Assembly (NCBI GenBank): GCA_021731045.1
Contig: JAKFYE010000018.1
Span: 3,310-67,309, forward strand
Source: Bdellovibrionales bacterium
GTDB lineage: Bacteria; Bdellovibrionota; Bdellovibrionia; Bdellovibrionales; JAKFYE01
Reading direction: 5' to 3'
DNA: 64,000 nt
Shown here piece by piece: positions 39,581 to 48,450 of this stretch. Numbering within the stretch: the first letter of the stretch is position 1; each line of letters opens with the position of its first letter. Below the pieces are notes generated by a model. The model was not told the origin of the DNA and did no database searches. It worked only from the letters and a program-made list of their open reading frames with translations. The translations under genes were made by a program, and so were the position numbers.

Positions 39581-40066
39581 ATGAAACTCCTATCATTTAC
39601 ACTCACAATTGTACTTTCCTGTTTGGGATGCACCGTAGACTCTAAGCAATTGAGCGAAGAGGCATTGCCTTCACTCACTACCAGTTGTGGTGATTTATCA
39701 ACGATAGAATGTGAGATGTTCGTCGCGATTAATGGTGAGCGTACAAAAGCAGGTGCGAAGGCGTTAGCTTTGAATTCTACATGCACGTCAATGGCGCGTG
39801 ATCACGCCATTGATATGTTCACTCGTGCTTTTTTTTCTCATGATAGTCCGACTGAGACATTTCGCCAACGTTCAACGCGCTATGGACTTTCTAGCGGTTG
39901 GATTGGAGAGAATATCGCTAAAAATTCAAATGTTTCGGATACGCTGAGCCAATGGATGAATTCTGCAGGTCATAAAGCAAACATTCTTAGCGAAAATTAT
40001 CGTGCCACTGGGATCGGCTTTTATAAATCATATTGGGTTCAGTGCTTCACGAGCATGGGACTATAA
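39581..40066 (+). CDS. CAP/SCP (PR-1-like, YkwD-type) domain lipoprotein
   Basis: Lipobox LSCLGC. CAP motifs FFSHDSP, GENIA and NSAGHKANIL. Confidence 0.8.
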   Translation: MKLLSFTLTIVLSCLGCTVDSKQLSEEALPSLTTSCGDLSTIECEMFVAINGERTKAGAKALALNSTCTSMARDHAIDMFTRAFFSHDSPTETFRQRSTRYGLSSGWIGENIAKNSNVSDTLSQWMNSAGHKANILSENYRATGIGFYKSYWVQCFTSMGL

Positions 40067-40068
40067 AT

Positions 40069-40431
40069 ATGAGCCAAACAAAAAAACGATTCGATCAAAT
40101 CAGAAAAGCGGGCGCAAAAAAAGGCAGTGAGGCGCGTGTTAAAAAATCGTTTCTCGAGTATTTTAAAAAAAATAAGTCCAATGTGTCATTTGGTAAAAAA
40201 ATTGAACTCCTCTATGAATGGATGACCAGCGGAGAGCTATCGAAAAAAGACAAAGCTCTCGTTGTCGGCGCGCTGTTATATTTTATAAATCCGTTGGATG
40301 TGATACCTGATATCACGCCCTTTTTAGGATTCACGGACGACTTGGGCGTGGTATATTTAATTTATAATTACTTACAGAATCGTTCTCTCGAAGAATTACC
40401 GATCGAAGATTCAGAGTCTTCAGACGATTAA
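40069..40431 (+). CDS. DUF1232 (YkvA-like) membrane protein
   Basis: LLYFINPLDVIPDITPFLGFTDDLGVV is the DUF1232 signature. ATG 40069 chosen. Confidence 0.75.
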   Translation: MSQTKKRFDQIRKAGAKKGSEARVKKSFLEYFKKNKSNVSFGKKIELLYEWMTSGELSKKDKALVVGALLYFINPLDVIPDITPFLGFTDDLGVVYLIYNYLQNRSLEELPIEDSESSDD

Positions 40432-40868
40432 TTTTTCTTCTTTTTAATAGCGGTTAGATCGCCGCCATCTGGCTTGGAATCATTATCTTTTAAAAATGCA
40501 TAGATTGCTTCGGCTTTAGTTTTAACGAGTGCTGTATCGACGCTACCATCTGGCTTTTTATTCATTAGTTTAAGCATTGGCGTCATAGGAATATTTCCAC
40601 TTTCGACTAAAAGCTTTTTTGCGATCGCATCTTTTTTAAGCATTTCTTCTGGATCAGAAATCCACGAAACTAACCACTCTTTAGAGTAGCGCTTTGTTGT
40701 ACCGTAGAGCGCTGGACCTGTGTGTGAAGGTTCTTTTTTTGACGTTAAAGAATGGCATGTATTACAGGTAGTTTGGGTAAAGTAGGCTTTGCCATCAGAA
40801 ATCTGATCCGCAAGCACTGAAGTGCCAATAAAGAATAAACCAGATACAATAAATAAAAACTTTTTCAT
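40428..40868 (-). CDS. c-type cytochrome, exported
   Basis: Signal peptide, one heme motif CNTCH, and a distal Met region. Confidence 0.8.
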   Translation of the reverse strand: MKKFLFIVSGLFFIGTSVLADQISDGKAYFTQTTCNTCHSLTSKKEPSHTGPALYGTTKRYSKEWLVSWISDPEEMLKKDAIAKKLLVESGNIPMTPMLKLMNKKPDGSVDTALVKTKAEAIYAFLKDNDSKPDGGDLTAIKKKKN

Positions 40869-41057
40869 GTTGCTCTCCCTTTAGGCTGAATCTGTTCATA
40901 ATATTTGCACTTGTGTACACTGGGCGCAACCACTTTAAAAGGACCTATCGTCGCACCTCAACATAATGCAAAATCGGAAGAGTTTCATTTATGAGATGAA
41001 TTCTTTTCGGGGTGCCTATATAACTAAAGCGAACCTGTTTTCTCTATTTAAGGTGTT

Positions 41058-42740
41058 ATGGCTCATCTCAAACGCAGTCTTATCATTTTTATTTCTACGT
41101 TTCTACTCTGCGTAATTTGCGGCAGTGTTTTACATAATCTTTTTACCAGCACGCGCCTACAAACTTTGGTTGCTAAAATTCTTTCGGAGTCTGCACCTGG
41201 AATGCGGTGGACGGTTCATCGCGTGCAAGTTGAACTTTCAGATGGCCTGTTGCCAATCGTGGCTCTAAGTATTGGCGAAGTGTTGGGTGAACGGCTAGAT
41301 GTTTGTGATAATAATATTTCTTTAAATATACGGGATGTATTTTTACCTTTGGATATGACTTCACTGATTTTAGGACCAGTTCGCTTAGGAAAAATTCGTT
41401 TTCGTGAAATGATGGCGAATGAAATTCCAAAGGTCTTACAGTCTTGTAAAAATCAAAATGGTTCCGTCGTATTTAAAAATGGCGAAGTTTATATAAAAGA
41501 CAAAGTTTACGAATTTAAAGGTGTTTTTGAACCTAGCCCTGAGTTGTTAAGAGGCGAAGTTATTCCCCCTCTTACCTTATCAGGTACCTACATAGATGAG
41601 GTTGAAAAGAGAATTGATTTTGAAATTTTATGGAGAGAATCCAAAATCAACGGAAATTATAATGTAAGCACCGAAACCGTAGATATTAAAGCCACGAAAC
41701 TTCCGTCTTTTGAAATTATAAAAGTATTGAAAGGTTTGGGAGTACATCCTATTCCCACGAACTTAGGTCCAAACTGGATTGAGTTGTCAGCTCAGTACAC
41801 ACGAGCGCGACCTGATGGACTTAAAATAAATGAGATCGCGGTTTCGGGAGATATTGGCGATATCTCTGCTAGCGGTATTGACGTGCAGTTGAATCAAACA
41901 CTGCGATTTGCACCTTTTCAAATGACACTTAAAAAGGTTTCTATCTCTGAAGTTTCAAAAATGTTTGAGTTTGAAAGCTTTCCACGATTTTTTAAAAACC
42001 CTGGCCGAATTTCTGGAACTTTCGTTTACGGTAGCGATGCGCAAAAATTTTACGGGGACATTCTGGATGTCGATATAGAAGTCTCGAATCAGGGCCGCAA
42101 AAATTATTTTAGAATTTTAAAAACGAATTTAGATGTGACCTACAAAAATTCGCAATTTGAATCCTTTATAAAAGACTTTGAAATTAAAAATGGTAAAGCC
42201 AAAGGATTAGTTCACGTGGTTTTTGCTAAAAAAAATGCGCACACCGATTTTAAATTTACAACAGTTCAATTGGATCCGAGTGTTTTAGAGCACCTGCTGG
42301 CGATGCGTATGCAAAATGCGAGCATGGAAGGGCAAATCGAAATCATTGATTCTAAAATTAAATCTCTCTCTGCACGTTCAAAAATTACGGGACTCGAAGG
42401 AAAAGGCTTTAAAGCAGACGCGATTCAAGCTTCGGCCACTTTTAATACAAATACTCCCGGAACTTTATTTTTTGAAATGCCACAAGTCACCGTAGTACCC
42501 ACGAGCGACGCGCCTGAGGTTTTACATAAAATTCATGCAACGATTGAAGACAGTCGTGAGTGGATCAACATTAGAGGCCAACTCACAGGCACCGACGGCG
42601 AAATTCGTTTACGCACAATGAAGTTTGAATATCCCAATCACGCAATTTCAATTCTCCCAGATAAAAACAATCTAGAAGTATTAAATATCTGGGACACCAA
42701 AAAGAAAAAATCTCTAGGAACGATACCAGCCAAGCTTTAA
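41058..42740 (+). CDS. membrane-anchored hypothetical protein (possibly AsmA-like)
   Basis: 560 aa with an N-terminal TM anchor LIIFISTFLLCVICGSVL and a long beta-rich remainder. The family call is a guess. Confidence 0.5.
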   Translation: MAHLKRSLIIFISTFLLCVICGSVLHNLFTSTRLQTLVAKILSESAPGMRWTVHRVQVELSDGLLPIVALSIGEVLGERLDVCDNNISLNIRDVFLPLDMTSLILGPVRLGKIRFREMMANEIPKVLQSCKNQNGSVVFKNGEVYIKDKVYEFKGVFEPSPELLRGEVIPPLTLSGTYIDEVEKRIDFEILWRESKINGNYNVSTETVDIKATKLPSFEIIKVLKGLGVHPIPTNLGPNWIELSAQYTRARPDGLKINEIAVSGDIGDISASGIDVQLNQTLRFAPFQMTLKKVSISEVSKMFEFESFPRFFKNPGRISGTFVYGSDAQKFYGDILDVDIEVSNQGRKNYFRILKTNLDVTYKNSQFESFIKDFEIKNGKAKGLVHVVFAKKNAHTDFKFTTVQLDPSVLEHLLAMRMQNASMEGQIEIIDSKIKSLSARSKITGLEGKGFKADAIQASATFNTNTPGTLFFEMPQVTVVPTSDAPEVLHKIHATIEDSREWINIRGQLTGTDGEIRLRTMKFEYPNHAISILPDKNNLEVLNIWDTKKKKSLGTIPAKL

Positions 42741-42997
42741 GTTACGGCGTCAACGATAAGTAAATTGCGGTGATTAATATTGAAGATCATCTCTCACCAG
42801 AAACGTGTACTTCAATTATTTTTGAAGTCACAAAAGAATAATTGAAGTGCTTCCGATTTTTCAGAAAGTGCTAGAGCTCGGCCCAATGGATGCAAATTTA
42901 AAGCTTGACCCTGAACTCGAAAATGGACGTGATTAAATTAATTATGATAGATGTGAACTTGAATATATTTAATTTATAAATCTCTCCATTTTCTGAA

Positions 42998-43166
42998 GCC
43001 CCAACAGCCGCCGCTGGGTTTTAAGGTAAAATATTTTTGGATCAGTTGTTTCGTGTTTTTGGCGACGAAGGAGAGGTTGAGATTTGAAGATCAGTGTTGG
43101 AAAGACTATTTACCTGTCGTGCGACAGGTGAATTTTAGCTTGCGAAGTTCTAGCGGCTAGGAAAAG
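42998..43166 (+). repeat. structured repeat unit, copy 1 (forward), containing palindrome P1
   Basis: Aligns with the reverse complement of 44424-44652 at roughly 80-85 percent identity by eye, with two indels. P1 is ACCTGTCGTGCGACAGGT at 43112-43129. Confidence 0.8.
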
Positions 43167-43293
43167 GTTTTATTGTCGAGACTTTTTAAGTGGAAGATTG
43201 GCGGACGGGCGTGGCCCTTAAATGGGCCCGTGAGCCCGTTCCGTTCTGGCCAACTTTTAGGTGGGAAAAAATATTTGCCAGGAATTGGCAAAG

Positions 43294-43463
43294 CGGCTTC
43301 AAGGGGGCGTTGGAGCCCCGCCAGCCGCCGCTGATGTTTATCGTTAAATATTTTTTAGATCAGCTGCTTCGTGTTTTTAGCGACAACGGGTTAGAAATGG
43401 AGAGGTTGAGATTTGAAGATCCGTGTTGGAAAGACTATTTATCTGTCGTGCGACAGATAGATT
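43294..43463 (+). repeat. structured repeat unit, copy 2 (forward), containing the GC hairpin and palindrome variant P2
   Basis: CTTCAAGGGGGCGTTGGAGCCCCGCCAGCCGCC, then AAATATTTTT, CGTGTTTTTAGCGAC and GAGATTTGAAGAT, ending in ATCTGTCGTGCGACAGAT (43441-43458). Confidence 0.8.
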
Positions 43464-44087
43464 CTTTCGGTTTTTTAGCCTTTCAGATTTTTGTACTGGA
43501 TCTTGTTCTTTAAGATAAAGATCCAGCAGCACGTCTAGTGTTTCTTCAAGGCTCACAGACTTTCGCTTTTTTTGCGATTCAAGATCTTGCGCTCGTTTAA
43601 GTTTGCAACTTAATGATTCTGAAATACCAAGTTGTAAGTTAAGTCGATCCTCACTTACAAACTTCATTCGTTCAGGGACAGCTTGTTTGGGGCAAGCCTT
43701 AGCAACATAGTGTTCAAGTTTACGCTGCGGCAGTTGAACTGCCATCTGCAGCCACTCTTTTTGATTATCAAAAGTTAGCACAGGAGTAATCTTTCGAGCC
43801 TTTGACACACTCAAAGCCCCAGATTCAATAATAACTTTAAGCTCCGGAACTTCTTTAGCCTTACGAGCAACGGCAATAAAGTTAAAGGCAACACTTTCAG
43901 AAAGCTTTAAGATATTCATGGCGTATTCATGAAGGTTCTTACATTCAAAAAGATAGTAAACCCGGTACTCATCTGCTTGTTGTAAAATATCAAGAAGCTC
44001 AGCTTCAACCCGTTTATAACGCTCAACAATCCCAAGAGCCCGTTGATGTATCTCAAGCTGCATGTTTTTTTCTAAAGAATCTGTCAT
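43377..44087 (-). pseudogene. truncated HNH-endonuclease family gene (DUF222-like N-terminal domain only; HNH domain missing)
   Basis: The N-terminal 195 aa follow the pattern of delta-proteobacterial/Bdellovibrio HNH-endonuclease genes (ERYKRVEAELLDIL...LHEYAMNILKLSESVAFNFIAVARKAKEVPEL...ESGALSVSKA...DPVQK). The reading frame then runs into repeat unit 2/P2 and stops without any H-N-H or Cys-box. Confidence 0.5.
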
Positions 44088-44338
44088 GAAAATTTCTCCT
44101 TAAAATCAGAAGAAACCATAACATAGGTTTTAAAAAATCATTTTTAATGAATACAAAAGTCTCAATAGGATCTCTCAAAACATATTTATAACTTTATTAC
44201 GCTCTAGAGATTAAAAGATAAAAGCAAAACCACCAAAACAAAAACCAGACTTATTTAAACTCCACAATCAAACGAATAAGAAACAAAAAACACGTCAAGT
44301 ATTTTTCAAAGAAAAACAATTAATTAATCTAAAAAATC

Positions 44339-44356
44339 ACCTGTCGCGCGACAGGT
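44339..44356. repeat. solo palindrome P3
   Basis: ACCTGTCGCGCGACAGGT flanked by AATC...AAAT, as in P4 and P5. Confidence 0.75.
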
Positions 44357-44423
44357 AAATATCCATTATCAAAAAGATAATTAAATCAAAAAACAATCTC
44401 CACTCGCCACGACAACTCCTCTG

Positions 44424-44652
44424 AATTTTCCAAGCCGCTAGAACTTTACATCCTAAAAATCACCTGTCGCACGACAGGTAAATATACTTACCAACGCAAT
44501 CTTACCTCACACTTCCAACACCGATCTTCAAATCTCACCCCATCTCTCGCTAACCCCTCGTCGCCAAAAACACGAAACAACTGACCCAAAAATATTTTAC
44601 CGTAAAATCCAAGAGGCGTCTGTTGGGGCTCCAACGCCCCCTTGAAGACGCC
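44424..44652 (-). repeat. structured repeat unit, copy 3 (inverted relative to copy 1), containing P4
   Basis: P4 at 44462-44479. GC hairpin GGCGTCT..GGGGC-TCCAAC-GCCCC..AGACGCC at 44616-44652. Shares the AGCCGCTAGAACTT tail with copy 1. Confidence 0.8.
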
Positions 44653-44923
44653 ACGCCTAAACAAATTAAAATATTTTTCTCTGTGAACCAAGACTCCTCT
44701 CAATGCTGGCTTACGTATTCTCGATTCACTGCATCCACAAAAGGTGCTAGGCACCTTTTCTCCCAAACTGCGTCTGTTGGGGCTCCAACGCCCCCTTGAA
44801 GACGCCACGACTAAACAAATTAAAATATTTTTCTCTGTGAACCAAGACTCCTCTCAATGCTGGCTTACGTATTCTCGATTCATTGCATCCACAAAAGGTG
44901 CTAGGCACCTTTTCTCAGTACAA
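44616..44923 (-). repeat. 154-bp tandem duplication (2 copies)
   Basis: Copies start at 44616 and 44770 and differ at 2 positions over about 146 nt. Each holds the GC hairpin, an AAAATATTTTT box and a terminator-like hairpin AAAAGGTGC-TAG-GCACCTTTT (44739-44759 and 44893-44913). Confidence 0.85.
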
Positions 44924-44950
44924 AACAAAACGAATTATTATTCTAAATAA

Positions 44951-45166
44951 TCACCTGTCGCACGACAGGTAAACAACCATTCCGACACCGAACTTCAAAT
45001 CTTCACACATCTTCAAACTTAAACCTTCTCCCTCGCTAACCCCTCGTCGCCAAAAACACGAAACAACTGCCTCGAAAAATATTTTACATAAAAACCCAGA
45101 GGGCGGCTGGCGGGGCTCCAACGCCCCCTTGAAGACGCCACGCCTGACCTAATTAAAATATTTTTC
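44951..45166 (-). repeat. structured repeat unit, copy 4 (inverted orientation), containing P5
   Basis: P5 at 44953-44970, followed by the same conserved boxes (CGTCGCCAAAAACACGAAACAACTG, AAAATATTTT, GGGGCTCCAACGCCCCCTTGAAGACGCC). Confidence 0.8.
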
Positions 45167-45463
45167 CCCTGCAAAGTCGGAGGCAAGGGAAACTTCTAGT
45201 ATGACTACGACAGAAAAATACCAAACTTCAGACACAGAACTGGCTCAAAGGCCCAAAGGATAGCTCAGGGTTAGAAGTCCCTTATGTGTTTTTTCGTGAC
45301 TCAGGCGTTGTAGATAACAGCAAGATTGGAAGAATGCCTCTGTCTGAAAGTTGCCGAATCATGTCGTTAAGTGCCATCTTGCGAGACGAAGAATCTCTCG
45401 ACTAAATTTCGAACGAATTATTTCATTACCTAAGTATGAGTATTAAAACCTAGGCGACAAAAT

Positions 45464-47056
45464 TTAAACTGGCTTCTTAGATTCAACGTACTCTTCGTAC
45501 GTGGTGTATTTATCGTCTTTTAAATCGACGTCGATTTCGATAATGCGATTGGCGACAGTTTGGATGAACTCGTGGTCGTGAGACGCAAATATTACGGTGC
45601 CTTTAAATCGTTTCACGCCTTCATTAACGGCCGAGATACTTTCTAAATCCAAATGATTGGTCGGGCCGTCGATTAACAACACGTTGGCTCCCGAGAGCAT
45701 GGTTTTGGCAAACATGCAGCGCACTTTTTCTCCTCCAGAAAGAACTGTCGGTTTTTTAAGTGCCTCGTCTTTGTTGAAAAGCATTTTTCCTAGAAAGCCC
45801 CTAATAAAAGTTTCTTCTTTATCTTCAGAATATTGACGGAGCCAATCGACAAGTGAACTCGTTTCTCCGGTAAAATATTTAGAATTATCACTTGGAAAAT
45901 AACTTTTAGTAATGGTGATTCCCCAGGTTAGGCTTCCCGCATCGGGTTTTAACTCTCCAGCTAAAATATCAAAGAGTATAGACTTTGCCATGTCGTTACG
46001 CCCAAGAAGCGCAATTTTATCGCCTTTTTTAACAGTAAAATTAATGTTGTTGAGAACTTTTTGCCCTTGAATACTATGGCTGAGGCCACTCACGGTGAGA
46101 ATATCGTTGCCGGCCTCGCGTTTAATATCAAATCCGACAAATGGCTGGCGACGAGTGGAAACAGGCATTTCGGTGAGATCCAGTTTTTCCAATTGTTTTT
46201 GACGTGAAGAGGCCTGTCGAGATTTTGAAGCGTTCGCGCTGAATCTTTGAATAAAACTTTTTAACTCTTCAGCCTTATCGGCATTTTTTTTATTTTGATC
46301 GGAGCGTAAGCGAAGATTGAGCTCGCTCGCTTGTCGCCAAAAATCGTAATTGCCCGAGTAAATGGTAACTTTAGAAAAATCAATATCAGCTGTATGCGTA
46401 CAGACTTTATTTAAAAAATACCGATCATGTGAAACCACAATGACGGTATTAGGAAAATTAAAAAGAAATTCTTCTAACCACTGAATCGCATAAATATCGA
46501 GATGGTTCGTCGGTTCATCTAACAATAAGATATCAGGTTGACCGATTAGCGCTTGGGCTAAGAGGACTTTGACTTTATCCGAGCCGCTGAGTTCCTTCAT
46601 CAACTTTTGATGGAAAGACTCTGGTATACCTAAACCTGCCAACATAACACCGGCCTCGGATTCAGCCTCCCAACCATTGAGTTCAATAAATTCGGTTTCA
46701 AGTTCAGAGGCGCGAATGCCGTCTTTCTCAGAAAAATCGGGTTTTGCATAAAGTGCGTCTTTTTCTTCAACAATCTTGAAAAGTTTTTGGTTTCCCATCA
46801 GGACGGTTTTTAAAACGGGCGCATCATCATAGGCATAGTGATCTTGCTTCAATGTTGAAATACGTAAATCCGGAGCAATGTGAACTTCACCCGTATTAGG
46901 TTCAATCTCTTTAGAAAGAATTTTTAAAAATGTGGTTTTTCCGGCACCATTAGCGCCGATGAGGCCGTAACAATTGCCGGGAGTGAACTTGATGTTCACA
47001 TCTTCAAAAAGTTTCTTTCCCCCATAACGGAGGCTGACATTCGTTGTGCTAATCAT
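45464..47056 (-). CDS. ABC-F family ATPase (YbiT-like, two ABC domains, no TM domain)
   Basis: 530 aa. Two Walker A motifs (GANGAGKTT and a degenerate GRNDMAKS), two signatures (LSGSDKVK, LSGGEKVR), and an inter-domain linker. Confidence 0.9.
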   Translation of the reverse strand: MISTTNVSLRYGGKKLFEDVNIKFTPGNCYGLIGANGAGKTTFLKILSKEIEPNTGEVHIAPDLRISTLKQDHYAYDDAPVLKTVLMGNQKLFKIVEEKDALYAKPDFSEKDGIRASELETEFIELNGWEAESEAGVMLAGLGIPESFHQKLMKELSGSDKVKVLLAQALIGQPDILLLDEPTNHLDIYAIQWLEEFLFNFPNTVIVVSHDRYFLNKVCTHTADIDFSKVTIYSGNYDFWRQASELNLRLRSDQNKKNADKAEELKSFIQRFSANASKSRQASSRQKQLEKLDLTEMPVSTRRQPFVGFDIKREAGNDILTVSGLSHSIQGQKVLNNINFTVKKGDKIALLGRNDMAKSILFDILAGELKPDAGSLTWGITITKSYFPSDNSKYFTGETSSLVDWLRQYSEDKEETFIRGFLGKMLFNKDEALKKPTVLSGGEKVRCMFAKTMLSGANVLLIDGPTNHLDLESISAVNEGVKRFKGTVIFASHDHEFIQTVANRIIEIDVDLKDDKYTTYEEYVESKKPV

Positions 47057-47139
47057 GAAATTCCATATTTAAAAGAGAGTGATTCACAAGCGCTTTTGTA
47101 GCGAGATTGCTGCAAAATAGCAACTACCGTACTCTTGAC

Positions 47140-48333
47140 TTAACTTTCTTCAATTTTTCCAAATTTTCGGATCATAAATAAACCAGGCAGGGCGATGACG
47201 GTGCAAAATACGAAAAAGGGAATCCATCCCATTTCCTTCGCTATCCACCCCGTAGGAGCCGAGAGAATCACTCGTGGAACACCCATAAGACTTGATAGTA
47301 AGGCGTATTGAGTTGCAGTAAAACGCACGTTGGTTAATCTCGACATAAAGGCCACAAATGCGCTCGTACCCATTCCGGCAGTAAAAGCTTCAAATCCTAC
47401 AACCAGAGCCAAAATGGAAGAGTCGTGGCCGACCATTCCTAGGTAAGCAAACCCGGCCGTAGAGACCATTTGTAGTATGCCAAAATAAACGAGCGATTGG
47501 ATCATGTTGAGCCTAAGCATCAGTACGCCACCGACAAAACCGCCACCGAGCATAGAAAATAAACCCACCGTTTTTCCGATGACCCCGTACTCAGTTTTTG
47601 TAAAACCTAAATCTAAAATAAAAGGCGTAGTCATGGACCCCGCCATGGTATCGCCGATTTTATAAAGTAAAATAAAGGCAAGAAAGAGCCAGGCGCCCTC
47701 GCGTTTAAAATATTCGGCTAATGGCTGTACGACAGCTTCGAGCAATGTCTTTGGAGGAGGTACCGAAACTTTCGGTTCAGGAAGAAAGAACATAACAATC
47801 ATGGCAAAGAACATAATACCTGCCAAAACTAAGTAAACTTCGTTCCAAGCGATTTGATCCGCAAGAAAAAGTGCAAACGCTCCCGAAATCATCATTCCCA
47901 CACGATAGCCGTTTACGAAGAGTGAAGATCCCAAACCTAGTTCTTTTTCAGGTAAGAACTCTCGGCGGTAGGCATCGAGCACGATGTCTTGGCTTGCGCT
48001 CATAAACGCAATAAATAATGCGCAAAAGGCAACGCCCCATGGATTTTCAGTTGGATTGCTTGAGCTGAGAGCAATAATTCCGAGGGCGACTCCCAGCTGT
48101 GAAATAATAGCCCATCCTTTTCGTCTTCCTAAAAAGGGAATGGCGTAGCGATCCATAAATGGCGACCATAAAAATTTAAATGTATAGGGAAGACCCACTA
48201 AAGAAAAAATTCCGATCACTGTTAAGTCCACATTTGAATTTTTCATCCAGGCCTGGAGTGTTGAGCCGGTGAGAGCGAGTGGAAGACCTGAAGAAATTCC
48301 CTGTAAGAAAATAACAAACATTCGTATAAACAT
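47140..48333 (-). CDS. ampG: AmpG-family MFS muropeptide permease
   Basis: GISSGLPLALTGSTLQAWM and FKFLWSPFMDRY are AmpG-family N-terminal motifs. About 12 TM segments. Confidence 0.75.
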   Translation of the reverse strand: MFIRMFVIFLQGISSGLPLALTGSTLQAWMKNSNVDLTVIGIFSLVGLPYTFKFLWSPFMDRYAIPFLGRRKGWAIISQLGVALGIIALSSSNPTENPWGVAFCALFIAFMSASQDIVLDAYRREFLPEKELGLGSSLFVNGYRVGMMISGAFALFLADQIAWNEVYLVLAGIMFFAMIVMFFLPEPKVSVPPPKTLLEAVVQPLAEYFKREGAWLFLAFILLYKIGDTMAGSMTTPFILDLGFTKTEYGVIGKTVGLFSMLGGGFVGGVLMLRLNMIQSLVYFGILQMVSTAGFAYLGMVGHDSSILALVVGFEAFTAGMGTSAFVAFMSRLTNVRFTATQYALLSSLMGVPRVILSAPTGWIAKEMGWIPFFVFCTVIALPGLFMIRKFGKIEES

Positions 48334-48450
48334 TTGGACCCCGTATTTAGTATGCCCATCTTTGTCGTGTGATCAAGGGCGGTGCGTCGGGAATGGAGTT
48401 CTTGAAATCCTAATTTTTCTGAGTCATGACTGACACAACTGGGGGGCTTC

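Noticed and set aside
43190-43513. 107-aa ORF, and the similar 106-aa ORF at 44488..44808 (-), sharing FKGALEP..Q.PL...RVF.D.GL...RFED.CWK
   Set aside because: The similarity is a by-product of nucleotide repeats. Copy 1 has an in-frame stop and an 11-nt deletion, and copy 4 is shifted by one base in the same segment. No coding frame is therefore conserved across the four copies.
42998-45166. Possible CRISPR array (repeated palindromic 18-22-mers)
   Set aside because: Spacing between palindromes is irregular (about 330, 900, 120 and 490 nt). The sequences between them are themselves repeated, in both orientations. No cas genes are present.
42998-45166. Possible integron cassette array with attC sites
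   Set aside because: No integron integrase is adjacent. The palindromes lack the R''-L''/L'-R' GTTRRRY architecture. The intervening segments are non-coding repeats, not cassettes.
45261-45275. tRNA-like D-arm motif TAGCTCAGGGTTAGA
   Set aside because: No complementary D-stem 3' half, anticodon arm, T arm or acceptor stem can be folded around it.
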